A stretch of 25,186 nt of DNA from a virus. Taxonomy: Duplodnaviria > Caudoviricetes. Where the stretch lies: IMG/VR virus record IMGVR_UViG_3300031784_000189, positions 1-25,186 of that record. One strand, written 5' to 3'. The position numbers and the translations under genes are program-made. The notes under the pieces were generated by a model. It worked only from the letters and a program-made list of their open reading frames with translations. It did no database searches and was not told the DNA's origin. Every line of letters starts with the position of its first letter. Positions within the stretch are counted from its first letter, which is position 1. This document shows positions 9,101 to 17,428 of this stretch, in pieces.

Positions 9101-9403
9101 TCTATATCCTGTCAATGCACCTACACGACAAACGGTAACGAATCCTTTTTCATTTAAGTATTCTTTTGCAGTGTATGGGCCATAATAAACACCATCAGCA
9201 ACACCGAACTTTTCTTCAAGATCGGCTGCGTTGGTGATTAATGTTGGTGCGAATCCAGGACCTTTTGGGAATGGAGCAAGTACTACTGCTCCAATTTCAG
9301 CAACACCTTGTGCTACTCCGCTTAGGTCGTTTTCTCTTGTAAATACTCCTGGGCTGACTATACGGTCAACAGGACTAAATTTTCCTCCTTCAGTTATTGG
9401 CAT
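6164..9403 (-). CDS. Contractile tail sheath protein (1079 aa, with large inserted domains)
   Basis: N-terminal VSPGVFTREND and PFPKGP. C-terminal YYPWVK, PPS, WFAPAGLNRG, LYEGRVNPI, WGQKTL, RVNVRRLL, VFEQN, DDTNNTPD and QPTKTAEFI are canonical sheath motifs. Confidence 0.96.
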   Translation of the reverse strand: MPITEGGKFSPVDRIVSPGVFTRENDLSGVAQGVAEIGAVVLAPFPKGPGFAPTLITNAADLEEKFGVADGVYYGPYTAKEYLNEKGFVTVCRVGALTGYRQINPFVIWAQPGTWARSGSAGALNSGSSYVLYDSANISSTFTYVSASTSGSLSFISGATFTAKFNSTAGDNTTLDVNSPNGSLYNSGQTYSFTIGSESFVGVYVTSSYQGNGSYTNNDKLLQAIAESTSTTSYFSASLNTGSVTITNTDGNLIGTNITLISGSIFALRSSTGCGTQVYLKGVISGSFGKITTAFSPTWSTPADPCNPTAVNVKPRVLAVLSNTQYGTLDSSFNAPGFSGSVLNQKPATSGTYTGSVDPTSLSNFQLILAQNASLIGYYDFSLNPADSNYITNVFGNDATVGNQDDQVSGAKIEAAYLYKTFEDSIQKVNDELNTGGWKVYGAYLPSSSFATGEVLKFTDQYSTNLNAGDSQYGLTSAATPWILSQGIAPWSGNANPGSVTKYQLFKAHTLSDGTNTNKQYKIEISNVKLSGTVAGSDWGSFTLAVRSYSDTDKKPKYLEIFQNLSLDPNSSNFVARRIGDRYNFITYAGKIIEFGTYTNLSKYIRIEMNTVPYPVSSVPYGNEAYVTPLGGTIGNYVPVVQYSKASIYGLAPGKYASGTVISDIPLGADSELTSLYPTSSTNAGVKIDTEQYFAPLPFGATVGYNIAFDLESTSSNVGTGSLLAASLSGSIPSTYDATNEATYVKMRKFVVGFQGGFDGQSPAVPINVGSDIIAGNTQGLNCTNINSAGSIAYKQCVGALGNADEFDINLIVTPGIFHEQHSYVTDLVTDMCEARGDTFYIMDNVVFPASNQTVGLIDAAVNDVSTIDSSYVSTYYPWVKILDTNLNKIISVPPSVVMPAVYAANDNAAAEWFAPAGLNRGGIAQAVQVLDRTTHSERDTLYEGRVNPIAAFPGQGICVWGQKTLQIQPSALDRVNVRRLLIALKKFIASSSKFLVFEQNVAATRNRFLSIVNPYLESVQQRSGLYAFQVVMDDTNNTPDLVDRNILYGQIYLQPTKTAEFIVLDFNILPTGATFPGA

Positions 9404-9412
9404 ATGTTAAAT

Positions 9413-9418
9413 TCCTTT
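9413..9418 (-). promoter_or_regulatory. Shine-Dalgarno-like site of the sheath gene
   Basis: Minus strand TGAAAGGAATTTAACATATG places AAAGGA 9 nt before the ATG. It is the only clear SD-like site noticed in the intergenic gaps. Confidence 0.55.
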
Positions 9419-9450
9419 CAAATGTAGAAATTTTGATAAAAAAATCTAAA

Positions 9451-9459
9451 TATAAATAT
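9451..9459 (-). promoter_or_regulatory. Putative late-promoter motif ATATTTATA
   Basis: Intergenic, 47 nt upstream of the sheath ATG. Confidence 0.65.
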
Positions 9460-9503
9460 TCCCGAAAAATTCAAGATGTTAATATTTATAAACAATTTTA
9501 AAA

Positions 9504-12500
9504 TTATTGATATAAAGGGAAAAATCTTCGGCCAGCACCTTCAACATATACAGGTGCCCATCCCCAAAATGATTTGCTTCCAATACCACTTAAATCTTGA
9601 TTTGTTCCACCACCATTAATTGTAAATATATAAGCATTTGGATCTGTTAATCCTCCACCACCAATACTATAATCACCTTCACCAACTAAATAAAGATTTG
9701 GTATTATTGTTTTATTTTCTAAACCAGGAGTTTTTAAATCAGATACAAATGCACTATATTTCTTTTCTGGATATAATGACGATGTAGTATTATAATAAAT
9801 AAAAGATAAAACCATTTCTTGAGCCGGCATTAAAGTAATAGATCCAGATTCTTCAATAGATCCACTACCAGGTCCATCAAAGCCAGCTACTCCGCCCCAT
9901 TGTATTTGTTCATATGGGTAAAAATTAATTGTATTATTTGTACTTCCAGATGATACCAGTCTAATACTAAATGATCCAGATTCTACTGATGAACTAATGT
10001 GTACATTTAAATTATTAAGTGTATGTAAGTGCCAAAAAGAATAATCCGATGAACAAGTAATGGATGATGTAGATCCGCTAAAATATGATGAAGTAAATGT
10101 AAATTCACCCTGTCCAGCAGGTCCAGATGGTGATGGTATCCAAACAGTATCATAATCAGTTGGACTATTTTTTGCTAATACATAATTTGTAGTTCCACCT
10201 GTAGGTATTCCGTTATTCGCATAACTTGCACTTAATGAATAACTACTGCTCAATGCGTAACTAGAACTTATAGAATAACTTGATGTATTTGCGTATGAAC
10301 TACTTAATGAATAACTTGACGAAACGGTATAACTAGCAGTAATTGCTCTTGATGCACTAATTGCCCATGAAGCCGTACCATATAAACTGGATGTTATATT
10401 ATAAGAATAAATTGATCCTGTAACAGTTAATGAACCTGTAATTTCCGCACTTCCTGTGAATGGAAATCCACTTCCTGTTCCTCCTGCACTCGCACTAATA
10501 GTCACTATCGGACCAGATCCACTTATTATAGTTATTCCAGGCCCACCAATTATAGAGGTAATATTACCACCTCCACTTCCAGATATAATACTTCCAGAAG
10601 CAACCGCACTTGATGTCATTACACAAACTTGTTTAGTGTCATTATCCCATGTTAAGAAATATTTAAATGGTGCAGGTGAATCACTCCTACAAGGACTTTG
10701 CCAATTGATACTACTTGTTACATTTAAAACGTCTACGCTTATTACTGCACTACTTCCAATGTCTGGTGGAGCACTACTACCAGATGGATCAAAAACTTGA
10801 ACAGTTCTTAAATTTGTATATGAAAGATTTGAATTGACATCATATAATTCAGACTTTATTTCAAATACTTCATTTGCAACATTTACTGGAAATGGAACTT
10901 TTACATAATACGAATTTCCAGTATAACCATACAATTCAGAAACTTTTATTGATAAATCAGAAACAATTATTTGTTTGACATTTTCGGGATAAACAACTAA
11001 AGTTCCATATAGATCTTCAGGAAATTTAAATTCAAAATTTTGTTTTTGATCAAAATATTTTCCGATTGTACTTCCGCTATAAGCAAATTCTGCAATTAAT
11101 ACGCCTCTATTTGAATCATAACTAATATTTTTATTTACACTTGGCAATGAACTTGTAATATAAAATTTTAATTTGGCCGTAGCGGAAGAATCTTTTTCTA
11201 TTACAGATGTTCTGAATGAAAAAACATAGTCTGTATCTTTATAAAAAGTTAAAAAGTTACTGTCAAAGTTGGATCCTGATTGTGCAGATTGTTCATTTAC
11301 ATTATAAGGTAAATAAGAAACATTTCTATTTGTAAATGATGTATTTGCTTTTACAATTGCATATGTACCATTCAAATTACTACCAGATATTTTCAACGCA
11401 TCAACAAATGTTTGATTGTCGTATTTAAGACTTAAATTGTTAGAGCTGGTAAACCAAAAGTTATTTATATGAAATTGACTAAAAAATACACCCAATCTTT
11501 CAAATGCTTTATTTGGTGTAACTGGATCTCTTAATATTTCTGTATCACCAAACGATTCATCAATTACTGATTCAAAATCACCAAGAGTTCTTAAACTTTT
11601 TCTATAAACCTTATGTTTAGCAGGTTTACCAGTAAAAGTATTAATATTTTTATAAATTATCTTGGCATAAGAAAATTTTTTATATTGTTTTGCACCACTT
11701 AATCCCAAAGATTCTTGTAGATAACTTGATGACAAAAATAAATTAGGACTATAAGTAATATCATTATAAACAATTTTATAATTTCCACTTGTAATCACTG
11801 CTATTTTATTATTATAAGTAAATGGTGTATCTAGAATTAATGTAGTAACATTTAATACATCTTTAATTAAAAAAGAAGCAGTAGTATTTATACTAATTTC
11901 ATTTAAACTAGCATAATCTCTAATTTTATTTACATATAATTGTACTTGGAAATTCTTTAAACTTGAACTAAAGTTAGCAGAACCGTCGATTATTCTATAA
12001 TCTACAAGATTTTTTCTATATCCAAACTTTTGAATATCAAAATCCGCCTTAGGTTGTACAGGAGTTGATATAAAACTACCTGTAACTGTTTTTGGATTAT
12101 TTTCTACAGAAGATGATACTGCATAAGATAATACTGGTTCAACTTCAATTAATGGTTGGGTGTAAAATCTAATTTTAGAATCAGTAACTTTATTAACATT
12201 TATATTTATATTAGCCGTCCATCTTACTGTTTTATTGTCTGATGTAGTTGAAACTAATATTATTTTTCCAGAACCAACTGAATTTTGTTCATAAACATAA
12301 ATTGATAGTACAATGATTCTTTTATTTGTTAATTGATCAACACTTATTGCCTTTTCAATAAAAAGAGGTACACCGTTACCATCAAATGCTTCGGTAAGTA
12401 TTTCGGCACCAATTTTAAGTTTGTCACTTCCATTGATTACCAACGCATTTTTCCCCACAGAGAATTCTGGTGAAAACTCTGTGAGGTTAAAATATTCGGA

Positions 12501-12575
12501 TAAGTATGTCTTATCTTCTATATTAACAGTTTGACTTGATAAACCTAAAATTTGACCTGTCTTTATGCTGGGCAT
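9504..12575 (-). CDS. Virion structural protein, tail fibre/baseplate-associated
   Basis: 1023 aa, Ser/Gly/Thr-rich. Contains hexapeptide SSSYA-type repeats and the fibre-type motif GIPTGGTTNYVLAKNSPTDYDTVW. Adjacent to the sheath and preceded by the TATTTATA motif. Confidence 0.7.
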   Translation of the reverse strand: MPSIKTGQILGLSSQTVNIEDKTYLSEYFNLTEFSPEFSVGKNALVINGSDKLKIGAEILTEAFDGNGVPLFIEKAISVDQLTNKRIIVLSIYVYEQNSVGSGKIILVSTTSDNKTVRWTANININVNKVTDSKIRFYTQPLIEVEPVLSYAVSSSVENNPKTVTGSFISTPVQPKADFDIQKFGYRKNLVDYRIIDGSANFSSSLKNFQVQLYVNKIRDYASLNEISINTTASFLIKDVLNVTTLILDTPFTYNNKIAVITSGNYKIVYNDITYSPNLFLSSSYLQESLGLSGAKQYKKFSYAKIIYKNINTFTGKPAKHKVYRKSLRTLGDFESVIDESFGDTEILRDPVTPNKAFERLGVFFSQFHINNFWFTSSNNLSLKYDNQTFVDALKISGSNLNGTYAIVKANTSFTNRNVSYLPYNVNEQSAQSGSNFDSNFLTFYKDTDYVFSFRTSVIEKDSSATAKLKFYITSSLPSVNKNISYDSNRGVLIAEFAYSGSTIGKYFDQKQNFEFKFPEDLYGTLVVYPENVKQIIVSDLSIKVSELYGYTGNSYYVKVPFPVNVANEVFEIKSELYDVNSNLSYTNLRTVQVFDPSGSSAPPDIGSSAVISVDVLNVTSSINWQSPCRSDSPAPFKYFLTWDNDTKQVCVMTSSAVASGSIISGSGGGNITSIIGGPGITIISGSGPIVTISASAGGTGSGFPFTGSAEITGSLTVTGSIYSYNITSSLYGTASWAISASRAITASYTVSSSYSLSSSYANTSSYSISSSYALSSSYSLSASYANNGIPTGGTTNYVLAKNSPTDYDTVWIPSPSGPAGQGEFTFTSSYFSGSTSSITCSSDYSFWHLHTLNNLNVHISSSVESGSFSIRLVSSGSTNNTINFYPYEQIQWGGVAGFDGPGSGSIEESGSITLMPAQEMVLSFIYYNTTSSLYPEKKYSAFVSDLKTPGLENKTIIPNLYLVGEGDYSIGGGGLTDPNAYIFTINGGGTNQDLSGIGSKSFWGWAPVYVEGAGRRFFPLYQ
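10218..10379 (-). repeat. Nine degenerate 18-bp (hexapeptide) tandem coding repeats
   Basis: GTASWA ISASRA ITASYT VSSSYS LSSSYA NTSSYS ISSSYA LSSSYS LSASYA (54 aa, 162 nt). Confidence 0.85.
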
Positions 12576-12581
12576 ATATAC

Positions 12582-12590
12582 TATAAATAT
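12582..12590 (-). promoter_or_regulatory. Putative late-promoter motif ATATTTATA
   Basis: In the 28-nt gap, 6 nt upstream of the 1023-aa structural gene ATG. Confidence 0.68.
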
Positions 12591-12603
12591 ATATACCCAT
12601 TAA

Positions 12604-15600
12604 TTATACATAATTAACTTTAGAGAACCCGTTTTCTTTCTTAATTTCAAGTCTATTGTCAACCATATCTCTCATACTATCCAAATGACTAATAATCCAT
12701 ACGAAATCAAAGTTAGTCTTCAAAAACGCAAATAAAGCACCCATAGATGATAAATTATCGGCATCAGCACATCCAAATCCTTCATCTATAGCTATAAAAT
12801 TGGGTCTTGGTAGATTACTAATGTTAATTAACGCTACTCTCATAGCCAATGAACTAACAAATCGTTCCATACCACTCGCCAACTCTAATGGCCATCGTTT
12901 ATCTTCATAATTAATATGTGTAGTTACATTTTTACCATCGGTCTGTAAGATTACAGTAAATTCTACTATTTGGTTTAATATGTTATTTACTTCCTTTTCA
13001 ATAGTTGGTAAAGCTCGACTAATCAATTCATATGGAATACCATCTCTAGAAATTGCATTTGTATACAATTGATAAGCTTCATATTCAACTTCAAGTACTT
13101 TTACATCTTCAATTGACTTTTGAATAGTCTTTCGTTGTTCTTCAAATCCAGAAATCTTAGTATTATAATTAATGATGTTATTATTTACATTCTTAATTTC
13201 CAAGTCAATTGTTTTAATATTAGATTTAATTGAATCAATTGTATCTTTAACAGTCTTATTAAATTCAATCGCATCTTTATTATTATAATATTCCTTGATT
13301 TGACTATCAATATTAATTAATGAATTCTGATTGGAACTAATATTATTTGATAACTTTAAGATTTCAGTATTTAATTTGTTAATTTTAATCTGTGTTTCAA
13401 CATGTAATTTATGAATATCGTTGTATTCTTTCCAATGATCTTTTATATAAGACAATTCCCCAACTTTATTTTTAAGATTAGTATATTCTCCAACAAGACT
13501 TTGAGCTTCAACTTTGTCCGATTCAAGTTCTTCTCTTGTTTTAATTGCATCTTTAACGAATACATTGGTTGTACAAAAAGTACAATTTGGATCATACTTA
13601 TGTTCTTCCAATTTCTTTAGTTTTTGTAATTTGGATGTTACAACAATCTTCTTCTTTTCAATAAACTGTTCTTTTTGACTTAAAGATGTTTCTAGTTCTT
13701 TAAATGATTCATACTTAGTTGTAATATCATCATTATCATAATTCTTTATAATTTCATCATATTCCTTATATGTTGATTCAACAGATAACAACTGGGACTT
13801 ATATGAATTTAAACTGGAAGATTGTGTTGATATAGAATTTTCTAATGAAACTTTTTTTGATTCAAGAGAAACAATATCAATAATATTACCGTTAACATTA
13901 ATTAGTTTTTTGGTTTCATCTAATAATCTATCATTTTCAGAATCTCTTTGATTAGATAGTTTTTCTAAATTAGAATTTTCATTTCTAAGTGAACCAGAAA
14001 AGTTTTCTATGTCGGCATTTAAATTCAACAACTTCTGAGTATAATCATTGTTCTTGAAATTCTTTAACAACGAATTGATTTCTTTAGTCTTATCAGACGC
14101 ATCGTTATACAAACTGTCAAATATAGTTAGTCCCATGAATTGGGCCAACAGATCTTTTCTTTCTGTTTGTCCCATATCTACGAATGAACCAACCTTATTG
14201 TTTTGGATGCTCAAGACAGTTAAAATAAAGTCGTCATATGTACCAACATAATCACGAATGATATCATTAGTACTTCTACGAGCTTCACCATTAAGTTCTA
14301 CAACTTTACCACCTTCTTCTTTCCAGAACTTTACATCTACTTTGACATTTCCCTTTTTATCCGCATGTCCTTTTCTTTCAATGAAGAAATCTACACCGTT
14401 AACTTCAAAGTTAAACTTGCAACGGAATGTCATCTTTTGTGTATTAAGAATGTGAGATGCTTTGAACGCTCTATCACATTTATCAAAAATACAAAAAGAT
14501 AATGCTGATAATACACTTGATTTACCCGCAGCATTATTAGCAAATAATCCAACTACATTATGCATCTTGGTAAAGTCAATAACATTGTCTTCACCATAAC
14601 TAAACATATTGTCAAATTCAAACTTCTTAGGTTTCCATCTAATATTTCTAACGATAGATTCTTTTTCCAAAGATGCATTTAAATCTTTATTTATCTTATA
14701 AATCTTTTCAAGTGTGTCTTTTGTAGGACTTACATTCTTATTATTAAGATAGTCAGTGATTAACTTATTTTGGTAATCCACATCAGATACATCAGTCAAA
14801 TTAAAATTACTGTTGTCAATAATATTATTAGATGATGTATTAGGTGAATCTACACGAACATAAGTTACTTCAGTAACATCAGATTTTTCACGAATATGTG
14901 ATAATACAGATTTAACTTCAGTAGCAACACTTTCAAAACACTTCAATCTCAATCTTGCCTTCTTAGGCATATCAGATATATCAGTAGTCAACTTACCTTT
15001 GTTAATTTCTGCGGTATAAAAACCGTAATCATTTGGAATTTCAAAGTGTTTAAATACTTTAGTCTTCAAATCCCAGAATACAAAACCATGTCCTTTTAAT
15101 TCTTCTCCATGATTCTGTTGAATCAATGAACCTACATATACAATAATTGGTTCGGATTGATTTAAAACTTGATGTCTGTGAATATCACCTAACAATACAA
15201 TGTCATGTCCATCAAAGATTTGATTTGTGATGGTTCTACTTGCAACTTTATATCCTACATCTGTAATTGCATTATTTACTGGTCCGTGAAATAAAGCAAT
15301 TTTATAACGAGTTTCGTTTAAATAAACCTTGGGAATATCCTTCGCTTTAATATACTTATCTGGTTCGTCAAAGACACTATAATGATTAAATAGAATATCT
15401 CCTAAGATATAAAGTCCAGAATCCTTTAGATAAAATAAGTTTTTATGATTAATTGCGTCAACAATTGGACTCAAACTATCTAATCTATTTTTATTAGCTA
15501 ATGTAGCATCATGATTACCCGCAATCAATACTGTAGGTCTTCTATCTGCTAGGTTTTGTAGAAATTCAGTTGTAATCTTTACACATTCTGGTGAAAGATC

Positions 15601-15789
15601 GCTCTTTGAATGCAAAACATCTCCCAATACGGTAACTACAGTTTCCGCAGGTGTCTTTTCTACTGCTTTATACAATCTTTCAAATACTTGATTGTATTCA
15701 TCATGTCTCTTTGTAAGACGCAAATGAATATCTGCAATGTGAAATACATTCTTGAATTTTTCTATATCTGATTTAAGATATTTTGCCAT
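12604..15789 (-). CDS. Fused Mre11/SbcD nuclease - Rad50/SbcC ABC ATPase (T4 gp47-gp46-like in one chain)
   Basis: Metallophosphoesterase motifs ADIH, GDVLH, GNHD, FHG and GDIH in the first ~250 aa. From ~aa 385: FDNMFSYG, Walker A ANNAAGKSS, Q-loop SIQNN, coiled coil with central Zn-hook CTFC, signature ASGME, Walker B IAIDEGFG and H-loop ISH. Confidence 0.93.
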   Translation of the reverse strand: MAKYLKSDIEKFKNVFHIADIHLRLTKRHDEYNQVFERLYKAVEKTPAETVVTVLGDVLHSKSDLSPECVKITTEFLQNLADRRPTVLIAGNHDATLANKNRLDSLSPIVDAINHKNLFYLKDSGLYILGDILFNHYSVFDEPDKYIKAKDIPKVYLNETRYKIALFHGPVNNAITDVGYKVASRTITNQIFDGHDIVLLGDIHRHQVLNQSEPIIVYVGSLIQQNHGEELKGHGFVFWDLKTKVFKHFEIPNDYGFYTAEINKGKLTTDISDMPKKARLRLKCFESVATEVKSVLSHIREKSDVTEVTYVRVDSPNTSSNNIIDNSNFNLTDVSDVDYQNKLITDYLNNKNVSPTKDTLEKIYKINKDLNASLEKESIVRNIRWKPKKFEFDNMFSYGEDNVIDFTKMHNVVGLFANNAAGKSSVLSALSFCIFDKCDRAFKASHILNTQKMTFRCKFNFEVNGVDFFIERKGHADKKGNVKVDVKFWKEEGGKVVELNGEARRSTNDIIRDYVGTYDDFILTVLSIQNNKVGSFVDMGQTERKDLLAQFMGLTIFDSLYNDASDKTKEINSLLKNFKNNDYTQKLLNLNADIENFSGSLRNENSNLEKLSNQRDSENDRLLDETKKLINVNGNIIDIVSLESKKVSLENSISTQSSSLNSYKSQLLSVESTYKEYDEIIKNYDNDDITTKYESFKELETSLSQKEQFIEKKKIVVTSKLQKLKKLEEHKYDPNCTFCTTNVFVKDAIKTREELESDKVEAQSLVGEYTNLKNKVGELSYIKDHWKEYNDIHKLHVETQIKINKLNTEILKLSNNISSNQNSLINIDSQIKEYYNNKDAIEFNKTVKDTIDSIKSNIKTIDLEIKNVNNNIINYNTKISGFEEQRKTIQKSIEDVKVLEVEYEAYQLYTNAISRDGIPYELISRALPTIEKEVNNILNQIVEFTVILQTDGKNVTTHINYEDKRWPLELASGMERFVSSLAMRVALINISNLPRPNFIAIDEGFGCADADNLSSMGALFAFLKTNFDFVWIISHLDSMRDMVDNRLEIKKENGFSKVNYV

Positions 15790-15790
15790 A

Positions 15791-16741
15791 TTATATTCTT
15801 AGTTTTAACTTAAATAACTTTTCAAAGTCCATCGTATCACAACTATCTATCAGTTGCCAAGTTTTTTCAAAACCTATTACGCTTGGATCTTTACCGTCCA
15901 ACATTATTAATTTAGTTGGAATACTATTCTTGATTAGAAATTCACAGATTTTGATGGAATCTTTTATCGCATCATTGTCTAATAAAATATGTACCATCGG
16001 TACATCGTGTTCTAATAATTTTAATTTTAATTGCTTACTCATTGTCTTACCAAACAATGGTATACAATTATTTTTTACTGCAATAGCATCAAATGGACCT
16101 TCCACTAATGTTATTGGTTGTTCAAAGTTAATAAATAATTCAAATCCAATAATATTCTTTGATGATGAACAACTAACATATTTCAATCCTTTAGTTTCAA
16201 AAAAACTTCTAGCTGTATAAAAATTTAATATGCCATTGTTGTCATATGATGGTATTACCACTCTGTTTTTCAAATCACCTTCAGTACAATATCCAATGTT
16301 GTATCTAATAATATCATTCTTAGTTATATTTCTAGACTTTAGATATTTTAATGCATGTTTATATTCCAGTTCATTCACGGGTTCATTGATTGGTTTAAAT
16401 TCTTTAGGCAACTTAACCAATTTTAGTTCTTCTGGTTCATCTTCAAAAGAAATAGAAAATTCTGTGGTTAGTTTCTTAGAAAAAGATTTTTGACTTAATC
16501 CAATTGTTGTATAATATTCTGCTGGAGCATTTAATTTCTTAAATAAAGTCTTGAAACTTGTTCCACTAAATCCACATACCCAACAATTATACTTACCTGT
16601 ATGTAAATTAATTTCTAGTTTTCTTTTGTAATGTTTGCAAGATGGACAATGATAAACTGCATCAGTTCCCTTACGAATCTTAGGAACTTGATGTAACAGT
16701 TTATTTAAAACGGATACAATTGTCTCTTGATATAACAACAT
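15791..16741 (-). CDS. dnaG: DnaG-type DNA primase (Zn-finger + TOPRIM)
   Basis: CPSC...CWVC zinc finger, YLKSRNI, RVVIP...FYTAR, TOPRIM LVEGPFDA and LDND (DxD), and KDP motif. Confidence 0.9.
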   Translation of the reverse strand: MLLYQETIVSVLNKLLHQVPKIRKGTDAVYHCPSCKHYKRKLEINLHTGKYNCWVCGFSGTSFKTLFKKLNAPAEYYTTIGLSQKSFSKKLTTEFSISFEDEPEELKLVKLPKEFKPINEPVNELEYKHALKYLKSRNITKNDIIRYNIGYCTEGDLKNRVVIPSYDNNGILNFYTARSFFETKGLKYVSCSSSKNIIGFELFINFEQPITLVEGPFDAIAVKNNCIPLFGKTMSKQLKLKLLEHDVPMVHILLDNDAIKDSIKICEFLIKNSIPTKLIMLDGKDPSVIGFEKTWQLIDSCDTMDFEKLFKLKLRI

Positions 16742-16748
16742 TAACTAT

Positions 16749-16777
16749 ACTTTACAATAAAAGTCTTATTCTATCAA
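16749..16777 (-). promoter_or_regulatory. Possible sigma70-type promoter for primase/Mre11-Rad50
   Basis: Minus strand TTGATA (16777-16772), 17-bp spacer, TAAAGT (16754-16749), then 7 nt to the ATG. Such matches arise easily in AT-rich DNA. Confidence 0.35.
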
Positions 16778-17428
16778 CTTTTTATTTGGATCATTTTTCA
16801 CCCACGGTTTCTTATCCAATGCAACTGCAATTTTCATCAACTTGATTGGATCAATCGGTTTTTCTTTTTCAACATCTTCAGATTTATCTTCGGAATTTTT
16901 ACTTTCACTTGATGTTTCATCATCATTTCCTTCGGTTTTTTGTTCTTTTTCTTCGTCTTTAATATCTTCGGATGGAGTGGGTGGAATATCTTGTTGAATA
17001 TTTTCTTGAGTATATGTTTGATGTTTTGGGATATATCCAATTGCATGTCTAGAAATTATTCCTTGCATCAAATATCTTTTATAGTCATTGTACATGTCTC
17101 TATAATATTCAAATGCACTATTAATATTTTCATATTCTGGTTGAGTAATATGAATACAAATACAATTATTTTTTTCTTTCCATTTGAATCCAGGAACATC
17201 CAATATCATACAACATACATTAATAAGCAATTCTCTTTCATTTGAATCATTTATTACAATGTAATAATTTTTAGCTTCTTCCGATGTAGATAATTCACTT
17301 TTGGATATATTATATTTTTGACATATCCGTTCTAACTTTTCTTTAGCCGCATTTCTTTCTCCGCCCTTACCCTTTTCGGCTAATGCTTTTATCTTTTTTG
17401 CTAACTCTATTATTTTGTTGCGGTTCAT
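16766..17428 (-). CDS. DUF2786-like protein with acidic low-complexity C-terminal region
   Basis: N-terminus KIIELAKKIKALAEKGKGGERNAAKEKLERICQKYNIS resembles the DUF2786 helical hairpin. An E/D/K/S-rich tract lies near the C-terminus. Confidence 0.65.
   Translation of the reverse strand: MNRNKIIELAKKIKALAEKGKGGERNAAKEKLERICQKYNISKSELSTSEEAKNYYIVINDSNERELLINVCCMILDVPGFKWKEKNNCICIHITQPEYENINSAFEYYRDMYNDYKRYLMQGIISRHAIGYIPKHQTYTQENIQQDIPPTPSEDIKDEEKEQKTEGNDDETSSESKNSEDKSEDVEKEKPIDPIKLMKIAVALDKKPWVKNDPNKKLIE

Noticed and set aside
10218-10379. Tandem repeats as a possible CRISPR array or DGR repeat (also the 24-bp pair at 18634/18850)
   Set aside because: They are in-frame coding repeats with no unique spacers, no adenine-specific TR/VR pattern, and no Cas or reverse transcriptase gene in the window.
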